DNA of 32,000 nucleotides from Erysipelothrix larvae (GTDB lineage Bacteria; Bacillota_I; Bacilli_A; Erysipelotrichales; Erysipelotrichaceae): NCBI RefSeq assembly GCF_001545095.1, contig NZ_CP013213.1, positions 60,001 to 92,000 of the forward strand, read 5' to 3'. Shown piece by piece: positions 1 to 7,320 of this stretch (position 1 is its first letter; each line of letters starts with the position of its first letter). The notes under the pieces were generated by a model. It saw only the letters and a program-made list of their open reading frames with translations, ran no database searches and was not told where the DNA came from. The position numbers and the translations under genes were made by a program.

Positions 1-275
1 ATTGTATAGCCAGACACTTGATTGAACTGTGTTATATAATTGGGTGTAAAGACTTTATGTGTTATATCAAGTACATGAGTCCCAGCATCAATTGACGCAG
101 AGATAAAGAATTCTTTTGGAAACATGTCAGAAATATGATGATTCAGTGAATCGTTGAGAATTAAGATAAAAAAGATAAGCACAGATGTGATGGCATAGAA
201 AAAGATTGTTGAAGACAGCTGACGCACATTCGAGATAATGATGAACTTAAGGAGCTTTATCTTTGTGAGTATCAT
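1..275 (-). CDS. ABC transporter permease, FtsX/MacB-like, N-terminal fragment (continues beyond window edge)
   Basis: Not in the ORF track (no stop inside window). My translation of the minus strand from the ATG at 275-273 gives MILTKIKLLKFIIISNVRQLSSTIFFYAITSVLIFFILILNDSLNHHISDMFPKEFFISASIDAG... This is a basic N-terminus, one long TM helix, then a polar extracytoplasmic stretch, as in FtsX-type permeases. It overlaps the stop of the upstream MacB-type ATPase gene (247-249). Confidence 0.5.
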   Translation of the reverse strand, partial: MILTKIKLLKFIIISNVRQLSSTIFFYAITSVLIFFILILNDSLNHHISDMFPKEFFISASIDAGTHVLDITHKVFTPNYITQFNQVSGYT

Positions 276-918
276 GGAGTTTACCTGAGTGGATATATAA
301 AATACGCGTACAGTAAGGCTGTGTTTCGAGATCGTGAGTCGCTATGATACAGGGTATTTTAAGTGATTTTATGAGAGATAAGATTTCTGATTTTGTCGAT
401 TGATCCAAAGCACCAGTAGGCTCATCTGCGATGATAAACTGTGGAGACTTCAATAAAGTTCGCGCAATCGCAACACGTTGTTGTTGACCGCCACTTAATT
501 GATGCGGGTATTTATCCAACATATTTTGAGAGAGTGACACACGAAAAAAGGCACGATTAATTGATCGTTTGATGTGTTTTTTTGGAATCTTGCTTAAAAT
601 GCAGACCCATTCAAGATTTTCCTTAACCGTCTTATCAGAAATGAGTTTAAAATCTTGGAATATAAATCCAATTTTCTCTCGTCGAATTGTTGTAATCATC
701 GCATGATTTTCAACATCAATTTTTGAACCATCAAAATGAAGTTCACCTTCATAATCGAAATCGAATAAGCCAAGAATGCGAAGTAAGGTGCTTTTTCCAG
801 AACCACTTGCACCATAAAGCCCAATTAAATCGTCTGCACTAATCTCTAAATCAAGACCATCAAGTGTCGGTAACGGTTCAGTTGGATATTGCTTTGTGAT
901 ATTTCTAAGTTTAATCAT
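247..918 (-). CDS. ABC transporter ATP-binding protein, MacB/LolD/FtsE-like (putative bacteriocin export/self-protection)
   Basis: Walker A GASGSGKST, signature LSGGQQQRVAIAR, Walker B FIIADEPTGALD. I prefer the ATG at 918 (MIKLRNITKQY) because GAGGT lies 5 nt upstream. The track start at 930 sits inside that SD. ATGATTAA overlap with the stop of the upstream 568-aa gene. Confidence 0.9.
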   Translation of the reverse strand: MIKLRNITKQYPTEPLPTLDGLDLEISADDLIGLYGASGSGKSTLLRILGLFDFDYEGELHFDGSKIDVENHAMITTIRREKIGFIFQDFKLISDKTVKENLEWVCILSKIPKKHIKRSINRAFFRVSLSQNMLDKYPHQLSGGQQQRVAIARTLLKSPQFIIADEPTGALDQSTKSEILSLIKSLKIPCIIATHDLETQPYCTRILYIHSGKLHDTHKDKAP

Positions 919-2614
919 TGGATACCTCATATAAGATTAAGCCATCACTTAATCGGGTTGTTATATCATAGGTTTGAGTTTCTTCATTGTAGGTCCCTTT
1001 CACCGCTACTTTCCCTTCTATAGTTTCAACATAAATGGCATCCTCTTCAAGTAATACAAAGGAATTAGGAATTGAAATAATGGGTTGTGGAACCGTCAGT
1101 ATGACAGATTGTGGGATGAGTTTACTTTCTTTGATGTCGAAGATAAGAAGATATTGATTAATGTCTTGATAGGACCCTGAGTTATGCTCATATTGATAAT
1201 CAATACTTTTAAGTTTAATACTCCCCAAAGGATTGCCGTTCATTGATTCAATTTCATAGGATTCCTTTAATCTGAAATTGTGCATATCCGTCTCTGGTAT
1301 GATTACTTTGCATTCATAGGCGTGACTTATAAACAAAAAAACTGTCTCACGTATTTCAACACGTCCATCCATTGATGCTTTAACATCCCTTCCATAGGCA
1401 TCGCGATATAAAACAGTACCACGACTTACATTTTGAGATTCCTTAATTCTTAATGTGATTTCATCAAGGTTACTCGACTTAATGACAACAGGTTCCAATT
1501 TTCCAAAATAGGATGATTGAGTAATTGAAATTACAAACTCAGCGGGACCACTTGTTTTTGAACAACTACTCAACAACATAAGGCTGATTATAAGTAAAGG
1601 TCTCAACCTAAACGTTAAATCGAGTGCACGACACCACCTGATAAGTAAAACAATCAATACGATTGCAGATACGAAAAGATACATCAGTGAGAGTGAGCTT
1701 TGAGTTTGGTGGATGCCTTTCATCAAACCATACATTAGAATATACGTTGAGACTAGATAATTAATACCAAGTTCTGCCCCTTTTCGGATGAGTGTAAAAG
1801 CGTAATAGCTGTGTTTGAATTGAAATGAGTAATAAAACAACATGTCAAACTCAAAAACTATCAATATCAAGCAGAGGATAAGAACAATGATATGATCAAG
1901 GGGAGTGCGATACACTAAAAATGATATCAATGACAACACACCCAGAAGTAGTAAGTGATGTTTGAGGGTTTTTAGTATTTCATGAGGTAAAAAGTTCATT
2001 GAATGATTTGTCATCTTGAGTCTAACTAGGTGAAAGCGAGTTTTAAGCCTACCAATCATCTCTTTGGAATTTGTGAGTTCTTGAGAGAGATTGGAAGTAA
2101 AGAAGAACACGAAAAGCATTAAAATTCGATTGATTGGGAATAATTGCAGTATCATAAATTGCGATAAGTATGGCAGGAGTGCATACAGGCTCGTAATTAT
2201 TGTTAATACCAAAAGCATTTGTGAATGATCTTTTATAAGACTTGCTGTTTGATATCGAAGGATGCGTAATGGAATCATACCAAGTGAAAGAATCAGGAGT
2301 AAGACCCAGCTGTCTAAAAATAGCAGTGTACCTATGGAAATAATGAATTCAAAAGGGTTAATTATATTGAGTGATAGGCACAGGATGAGTCCATGTGTAA
2401 AAATTATGGGTATTAACAGGTTCTCATCGAGTAGAAATATAAATAACAAATACGACACAATTATCGGCCAATGGCGTTTAAGTGCTAGTTTAATGACTCG
2501 TGTTACAAATAACCACATATTTCGTGTGCAAATCGGTGCAAGCAGAGTGATATGAGTGGGCTTAATGTATAACGATGATAAGATTCCAAAAAAAAGAGCA
2601 TATTCAATTTTCAT
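911..2614 (-). CDS. Large polytopic membrane protein with C-terminal membrane-fusion-protein (HlyD/MacA-like) beta-rich domain; putative circular-bacteriocin biosynthesis/export component
   Basis: The N-terminal ~340 aa is a string of hydrophobic helices. The C-terminal ~230 aa is soluble. It has MFP-like patterns: RGTVLYRDAYGRDVKASMDGRV (lipoyl-like), YECKVIIPETDMHNFRLKESYEIES (beta-barrel 'v.v.E.d....G..v.i'), and ISIPNSFVLLEEDAIYVETIEGKVAVKGT...LSDGLILY. The track start at 2617 is GTG; the ATG at 2614 overlaps the TGA of the upstream gene (TGATG). Confidence 0.6.
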   Translation of the reverse strand: MKIEYALFFGILSSLYIKPTHITLLAPICTRNMWLFVTRVIKLALKRHWPIIVSYLLFIFLLDENLLIPIIFTHGLILCLSLNIINPFEFIISIGTLLFLDSWVLLLILSLGMIPLRILRYQTASLIKDHSQMLLVLTIITSLYALLPYLSQFMILQLFPINRILMLFVFFFTSNLSQELTNSKEMIGRLKTRFHLVRLKMTNHSMNFLPHEILKTLKHHLLLLGVLSLISFLVYRTPLDHIIVLILCLILIVFEFDMLFYYSFQFKHSYYAFTLIRKGAELGINYLVSTYILMYGLMKGIHQTQSSLSLMYLFVSAIVLIVLLIRWCRALDLTFRLRPLLIISLMLLSSCSKTSGPAEFVISITQSSYFGKLEPVVIKSSNLDEITLRIKESQNVSRGTVLYRDAYGRDVKASMDGRVEIRETVFLFISHAYECKVIIPETDMHNFRLKESYEIESMNGNPLGSIKLKSIDYQYEHNSGSYQDINQYLLIFDIKESKLIPQSVILTVPQPIISIPNSFVLLEEDAIYVETIEGKVAVKGTYNEETQTYDITTRLSDGLILYEVSND

Positions 2615-3039
2615 CACACTAACCTAATTTCTATAAAAGCACTTAACCATAAAAGGGCTGTGCATAAAACAAGTCGCTTCACGATGGTTTTTTGTTTGCA
2701 TCGTGCAAGTCCAACTAGCGCGAAGAGTTCTAACGGTAAATGTATTAATAGGTGTGCTGTATGCATCAACCCGGTCGCTTTGATGCTGATTGCAATCATC
2801 AATGCATTGGTTCCTAAACTAAATAGGGCGAATGGGAATCCCAAAAATGGAAGACCAAATAGAATCATAACGGGTAGATTGTGAAGAAAGATTTCTGTTT
2901 GGGAGTTAGGAAGCGGTGCATCAAGCATATTTATCCAACTCTCATGCTCTTTCAACATTACATAAAAACATAGCGTTATGATACCCATGTAACCAAGAAA
3001 GAAAGTCCATCGATATACCCATCGATCTAAGAAAGCCAT
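2614..3039 (-). CDS. Small polytopic membrane protein, DUF95/SpoIIM-like (family typical of circular bacteriocin loci)
   Basis: 141 aa, 4-5 TM helices. The segment LIHLPLELFALVGLA resembles the H-x-x-x-E-x-x-A helix motif of DUF95/SpoIIM proteins. Embedded in the overlapping operon. Family assignment is from pattern memory, not a search. Confidence 0.5.
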   Translation of the reverse strand: MAFLDRWVYRWTFFLGYMGIITLCFYVMLKEHESWINMLDAPLPNSQTEIFLHNLPVMILFGLPFLGFPFALFSLGTNALMIAISIKATGLMHTAHLLIHLPLELFALVGLARCKQKTIVKRLVLCTALLWLSAFIEIRLV

Positions 3040-3497
3040 ACTTGCAGTGCTCCAAGAATCACACCGTAGGTATACAGTGGGATGTGTTTTCTAACATTAA
3101 CTTCTTTTAGTAATTTGTTTGTGAGGATACAAAAGATGATTGTGAGTGACAAGCCACTCATTATCATAAAGAAGGCCTGGTTGATAAAAGCCTGGGATAA
3201 AATTAAAGAAAATAATGAAGCAAAGATGAACAGTTCAAAGGATTGAAGGTAGGATGTTTTTATGCGCATCATACGACAGAGTGTTTGAATAATCCAAGCT
3301 TGCATGAATGCATTGGAAATCGTACCGACAATGATGAGTACGATAAGAATGTTTCGTATGTTAATGGATTGAAATTCTTGTTGAATGGATGCTACCATAG
3401 GTTCCAAAGAATGTACGCGACTTAATGAAATGAGAATTGAACCGACAAGGGCCAAAGCACACAGGCTCAAAGTTTTATAACTGTTTTGTTTTCGCAT
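3027..3497 (-). CDS. Small polytopic membrane protein (possible permease partner of the 209-aa ATPase and/or immunity protein)
   Basis: 156 aa, basic N-terminus MRKQNSYK followed by ~5 hydrophobic helices. Overlaps both neighbours (31 nt and 13 nt). No recognisable motif. Confidence 0.55.
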   Translation of the reverse strand: MRKQNSYKTLSLCALALVGSILISLSRVHSLEPMVASIQQEFQSINIRNILIVLIIVGTISNAFMQAWIIQTLCRMMRIKTSYLQSFELFIFASLFSLILSQAFINQAFFMIMSGLSLTIIFCILTNKLLKEVNVRKHIPLYTYGVILGALQVWLS

Positions 3498-4096
3498 CGA
3501 TAATGCTCCTTGTTTTTAGAGTGTAATTGATTCATAAATCCGTTATTATGATCGATCATAACAATTGTTTTTTGAGTAGATATCAAATGATTAATGCGTG
3601 TTTCAATTGCATGAATAGACTCAGTGTCCAAATTTTGAGTCAGTTCATCAAGAAAGAAAATACTGAGATTATCAAGAAATAATGGAAGGATGTTTAGTTT
3701 CTGTTTCATACCTGAAGACAAATCCCCAAATCTTTTCTGGCGTATCTCATGATAGTCAAGATTTAAAGAATCCATCACATGTATGAGCGTATCCATTGAT
3801 GTAGCGTACAAGGACTTCATAAGCCGTATACACGTATAAACACGTTCAGTATCGAAGAAGAAGGGTTGTGCTGGAATGTAACAGAGTTCTCTTTTATTGA
3901 AAGTAGATATTTGTGTTCCACGTGTGCATGTGTGGAGTTTAAGAAGTATCGAGATCAGGCAAGATTTACCTGATCCGTTCTCCCCAGAGATGCACGTTAA
4001 CGTTTGGTTTTGAATCGTAAGGGAAACATCTTTTAAGATAAGTGTTTCATTCAACTCCAGCGTTGCATCAATAAGTTCGAAATGGGGAACTACCAT
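3467..4096 (-). CDS. ABC-type ATP-binding protein (small, circular-bacteriocin-cluster type)
   Basis: Walker A GENGSGKSCL, signature LSSGMKQKL, Walker B IFFLDELTQNLD, H-loop MIDHN. The ATG at 4096 is embedded in the last codons of the precursor gene (TC ATG GTA G overlapping ..TCA TGG TAG). Confidence 0.85.
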   Translation of the reverse strand: MVVPHFELIDATLELNETLILKDVSLTIQNQTLTCISGENGSGKSCLISILLKLHTCTRGTQISTFNKRELCYIPAQPFFFDTERVYTCIRLMKSLYATSMDTLIHVMDSLNLDYHEIRQKRFGDLSSGMKQKLNILPLFLDNLSIFFLDELTQNLDTESIHAIETRINHLISTQKTIVMIDHNNGFMNQLHSKNKEHYRCENKTVIKL

Positions 4097-4347
4097 GAGA
4101 TTGCAGCAGTTTTCCCAAAGCGTTTAATCAAGGTCTTTCCTGATGCCATAACAATAGCCATGAGTGAAGCACCGGTTAAACACAAAGCAAGTAAAGTCCA
4201 TAACCCTGCTCCAGCAGCAATTGCATCTACAAGTTTACGTGCGGTGTATACATTGACACCAAGCATCCCTGTAATCTTAGAAGACCAAAAACATGAAGAC
4301 AAACACAGTGCAGCAAAATTAGCACAAACTCTGAGTGATTTACGCAT
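4090..4347 (-). CDS. Circular bacteriocin precursor (85 aa; predicted ~24-aa leader + ~61-aa cationic hydrophobic core)
   Basis: MRKSLRVCANFAALCLSSCFWSSK/ITGMLGVNVYTARKLVDAIAAGAGLWTLLALCLTGASLMAIVMASGKTLIKRFGKTAAISW. Start moved from the track's 4374 to 4347 because AAAGGAG lies 8 nt upstream of that ATG. The core resembles enterocin NKR-5-3B/amylocyclicin (GIS.YAAKKVIDII...; ...LIKKYGxKYAAAW), uberolysin (AKKVVDAIDKGAAAF) and the AS-48 C-terminus (..AVIAW), all recalled from memory. It is followed by the characteristic accessory genes. Confidence 0.7.
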   Translation of the reverse strand: MRKSLRVCANFAALCLSSCFWSSKITGMLGVNVYTARKLVDAIAAGAGLWTLLALCLTGASLMAIVMASGKTLIKRFGKTAAISW

Positions 4348-4473
4348 AAATAATTCTCCTTTCGATAACCACATTCTTAAATAAGCAAAAAGTTTTCGGA
4401 TTCCTTGGTTTGATGGTTTTACTATGAGAATAATTTAAGCTACAATAATGGTGAGAGATTAAGAGGAGGCACT

Positions 4474-5334
4474 ATGAAAGTTAAAATGGTAGCGAGTGAC
4501 ATCGACGGTACAATCATTAATGAACAGGGCAAAGCAGGGATTCGTACACGTAATGTCGTTAAGAAACTTAAAGAACATGGCATTGAATTTGTAATTGCGA
4601 CAGGTCGATCGTTTGAAGGAGCCTATGATGTATGCCAACAACTTGACATGCAAGATGAAGAAATGGGGATTATATGTGTTAATGGGCTTGAGACATATGA
4701 TGTACCATCGTTAAAAGTGAAACGCTTTGAAGGAATGACATTTGATGAATGTACGATGCTCGAAGAGATAACCCAATCTTTTTATATGGGAATTATGTAC
4801 TGTTTTTCAGATGCGATGTATTTCCAAATGGATGACTTAAGTTACCGAGATTATATGATTTCAATTGGAGATGACAATAAACACTTCTTTAATCGAAAAC
4901 TCGATATGGTATTTATTAATTCACTCGAGGAAATTCGTGATAAGTTCTTAATCGAACCTTTACAAAAAATAGCACTCTTACAGAACCCGGATTATATGGA
5001 TTTAGTTGTTGATAGAATCCGAAATAAAATACCAGAAGGGTATAATGTTCTACGGGTCGGACATGGTTGGACCGAAATTATGAATGCATCTGTAGACAAA
5101 GCAATCGCACTTAAGGAATATGCCGCTCGATTTGGTATTGATACATCTGAAATCATGGCATTTGGAGATTCAGAAAATGATTTAGGGATGTTAAATATGG
5201 TTGGATATCCAGTTGCGATGTCAAATTCAATGGAGGCTATTAAGCAAATTCCAAATATTGAATTTACACAATCAAATAATGAACAAGGCGTAGCACTAAG
5301 ACTTGAGAAACTCTTAGAGTCACTTGGCTCGTAA
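4474..5334 (+). CDS. Cof-type HAD-IIB family sugar-phosphatase
   Basis: N-terminal DxDGT motif (VASDIDGTII), ATGRS motif II, C-terminal GDSENDLGML motif. RBS AAGAGGAGG 6 nt upstream. Confidence 0.85.
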   Translation: MKVKMVASDIDGTIINEQGKAGIRTRNVVKKLKEHGIEFVIATGRSFEGAYDVCQQLDMQDEEMGIICVNGLETYDVPSLKVKRFEGMTFDECTMLEEITQSFYMGIMYCFSDAMYFQMDDLSYRDYMISIGDDNKHFFNRKLDMVFINSLEEIRDKFLIEPLQKIALLQNPDYMDLVVDRIRNKIPEGYNVLRVGHGWTEIMNASVDKAIALKEYAARFGIDTSEIMAFGDSENDLGMLNMVGYPVAMSNSMEAIKQIPNIEFTQSNNEQGVALRLEKLLESLGS

Positions 5335-5366
5335 AAAAAGCACATTGGAAATCCAATGTGCTTTTC
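5333..5366. terminator. Bidirectional rho-independent terminator
   Basis: Perfect 10-bp stem AGCACATTGG/CCAATGTGCT (5339-5348 / 5353-5362), 4-nt loop. A-run upstream and T-run downstream. Sits between convergent genes. Confidence 0.8.
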
Positions 5367-5401
5367 ACATGTGATCAAAATGATCGATGCGCAGTTATTA
5401 T

Positions 5402-5932
5402 TTATGAAACCAAGGATTTATAATGCTGCCAAACAGTGACTATTCGGTAGATAAAGAATAGTTTGCAGAGTGTATAACCAATTGCGATAGCAGTATGAAG
5501 CGGTTCAAATGAAAAGATCAACTGAGCGAGATATAAAATAGTCATATAATAAAATGCAAGCAATACTTTATCTGAGAATCTAAGCAAAGACTGTTGTTGT
5601 TCGATTTCACGTACCCCTAAGATAAGTCGGTAAGTAACAAAGAAGAACACGAGGTCAATGAGTACCCTAAGAGAAGTAATAAGCAGATTTGAAAATAAAG
5701 AAACATCAATAATCTCAATTGTAACAAACAAGAATGTCGCAATCGATAATAAAAGTGTTAATTCCAAGACATCTGAGAAATAGCGACTTTTATCCTTGTG
5801 TCCTTTGAGTCCAAAGTAAAGTAATAACGCACCAATAACACGTCCGTAAAGCAGATAGACAAAGATACCTGTAAAATAAGTTGAGGGAAATATCCCCAAC
5901 ATTAATATGTATCCAATTAGTATTTTTAACAT
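5402..5932 (-). CDS. Hypothetical polytopic membrane protein
   Basis: 176 aa, ~5 hydrophobic helices, no recognisable motif. Monocistronic, ending at the bidirectional terminator. Confidence 0.55.
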   Translation of the reverse strand: MLKILIGYILMLGIFPSTYFTGIFVYLLYGRVIGALLLYFGLKGHKDKSRYFSDVLELTLLLSIATFLFVTIEIIDVSLFSNLLITSLRVLIDLVFFFVTYRLILGVREIEQQQSLLRFSDKVLLAFYYMTILYLAQLIFSFEPLHTAIAIGYTLCKLFFIYRIVTVWQHYKSLVS

Positions 5933-6059
5933 GGTTACCTCTATTTAGTCAATTATGACGAAGATTGTAAGGATAGACTTCAATTGTAAATATTGGTTAT
6001 ACTTCTCTATTATATACGATTCATCAAGAGCTGACTATATCTAAGTACCAATCACGAAC

Positions 6060-6590
6060 TCAAATGTGTTTTTTTTTGCGAAAAGTTACAGAAACAACAC
6101 GGTATGCAATTTCAAAATCAATCATAGAATGAACCATACCTAAAACAATAAGGAAAAAGAACATGGTCCAAATAAAACTCATTGTTAAGCCGTCAAGAAC
6201 AAAGGGTACAACTGCGAGAAACTCACAAAGTGCATGAATAAATGCAATGTTAATGCTGAACAGCATCCGTCCTTTAAACGTATCACATTGTGATGATTTG
6301 TTTTTTAACCAATATGATCCAATAATGGCAAATATAATATGAGAAGTTGCCCGAGCTACAATCATTGGATTTCCAGTTGAAAAGAGAAATCCAATTGCAC
6401 TGCCGACCGCAACTAATATCGCACACAAAGGACTCACAAACATCGCAAAGAATAGGGGAACATGACTTGCAAGTGTATAGCTGAAGAAAGGCTCGAATCG
6501 AATACTGAAGGGATTCATTGGAATAATGATTGCAAGTGCAATGAGTAATGCAGTAAGCGTTAATACTTGAACAGATTGATTTCTTTTCAT
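6060..6590 (-). CDS. niaX: Putative niacin transporter, ECF S-component-like (NiaX-type)
   Basis: ~176-aa, 6-TM small membrane protein immediately downstream of niaR and preceded by two NiaR-type palindromes. Start moved to the ATG at 6590 (MKRNQSV...) with TAGGAG 8 nt upstream. The track start at 6617 would include the SD. Function inferred from context. Confidence 0.5.
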   Translation of the reverse strand: MKRNQSVQVLTLTALLIALAIIIPMNPFSIRFEPFFSYTLASHVPLFFAMFVSPLCAILVAVGSAIGFLFSTGNPMIVARATSHIIFAIIGSYWLKNKSSQCDTFKGRMLFSINIAFIHALCEFLAVVPFVLDGLTMSFIWTMFFFLIVLGMVHSMIDFEIAYRVVSVTFRKKKHI

Positions 6591-6602
6591 ATGGAGTGCT
6601 CC

Positions 6603-6659
6603 TAAGTGTCTTGACACCTATTCTAAAGCTGTTTCGCCGATGTGTCAAGACACCTATAG
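6603..6659 (-). promoter_or_regulatory. niaX promoter with two NiaR-type operators
   Basis: On the minus strand: TTGACA (6648-6643), 17-nt spacer, TAGAAT (6625-6620). Two copies of ATAGGTGTC-nn-GACAC are present. The distal copy (about 6640-6658) contains the -35. The proximal copy (about 6603-6622) starts at the -10 and runs into the SD. Confidence 0.65.
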
Positions 6660-6676
6660 AAATATTATAACCCATA

Positions 6677-6703
6677 AGAAAAAAAGGACGCGGTTACGTC
6701 CTG
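6677..6703 (-). terminator. Rho-independent terminator after niaR
   Basis: Minus strand AGGACG-TAACCG-CGTCCT followed by TTTTTTTT; lies 8 nt after the niaR stop. Confidence 0.65.
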
Positions 6704-6710
6704 AATAAAA

Positions 6711-7223
6711 CTAGTCGTTATGATAAAGAAACCCTGCATTATTCAATGATGACTTAATTTCTTCAAACGTTGCTTCGTTCTTACATTCTATCTTGTGTAA
6801 ATGAAGCCCATGGGTTAATGTCAACAACAACCCGGTATCATTTTGACTTACCCGTTTCAAGAAATCTTGAATATCATCTTCGTTCTTAATGTTTAACATT
6901 CCGGTAATTTGACCATACACTGGATGCTCAACTGTAACATCCAACACGATACCACCATGATTTATGATGATCCGAAGCTCTTCTTCTGTTTCTTGAGGTG
7001 TATGCGATACTGCAATTTGATGGATGACCCCTTCATGTTTGGATATTATATAACCCCGTGCTGTTGACATAATATCATGACCACTTGCACGCAATAAAGC
7101 CACATCACCTACGATAATCTGCCGCGATACGTTATATTTCTTTGCAATCCTCGATGCGCTCAGAGGCACACTTGATTGGTTAATATCATTTAATATGTGT
7201 TGTCTTCTAAGGTCGCCCGTCAT
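6711..7223 (-). CDS. niaR: Niacin-responsive transcriptional repressor NiaR (YrxA family; HTH + 3H domain)
   Basis: HTH region LSASRIAKKYNVSRQIIVGDVALLRASGHDI, and a 3H-domain with conserved His residues (..VSHTP.., ..INHGG.., ..HLHKIEC..). The track start at 7259 is TTG. I prefer the ATG at 7223 (MTGDLRRQ...) with GGAG 9 nt upstream. The start is uncertain. Confidence 0.85.
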   Translation of the reverse strand: MTGDLRRQHILNDINQSSVPLSASRIAKKYNVSRQIIVGDVALLRASGHDIMSTARGYIISKHEGVIHQIAVSHTPQETEEELRIIINHGGIVLDVTVEHPVYGQITGMLNIKNEDDIQDFLKRVSQNDTGLLLTLTHGLHLHKIECKNEATFEEIKSSLNNAGFLYHND

Positions 7224-7320
7224 AATAGTACGCTCCATTTCGAATTTATTGTATATCAATTAAACAGAATTGTGAATTCTTATCAGAAAAAAATGTATAA
7301 TGATAGTAAGGAGGTGGGTC

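Noticed and set aside
2262-3425. Plus-strand ORFs 2262-2555, 2660-2884 and 3243-3425 inside the bacteriocin operon
   Set aside because: All are antisense to membrane-protein genes, lack SDs and have shadow-ORF composition.
4348-4374. 9-codon N-terminal extension (MWLSKGELF) of the precursor given by the ORF track
   Set aside because: It contains the AAAGGAG Shine-Dalgarno of the ATG at 4347, and no SD precedes 4374.
4082-4384. 100-aa plus-strand ORF antisense to the bacteriocin precursor gene
   Set aside because: No SD, and the composition is the mirror image of the Ala/Gly/Leu-rich minus-strand gene. The minus-strand ORF has a strong SD and family-like sequence.
6283-6675. 130-aa minus-strand ORF overlapping niaX in another frame and spanning its promoter
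   Set aside because: It would start inside the operator/promoter region, has a Cys/His/Ser-rich nonsense-like composition, and the alternative frame encodes a coherent 6-TM protein.
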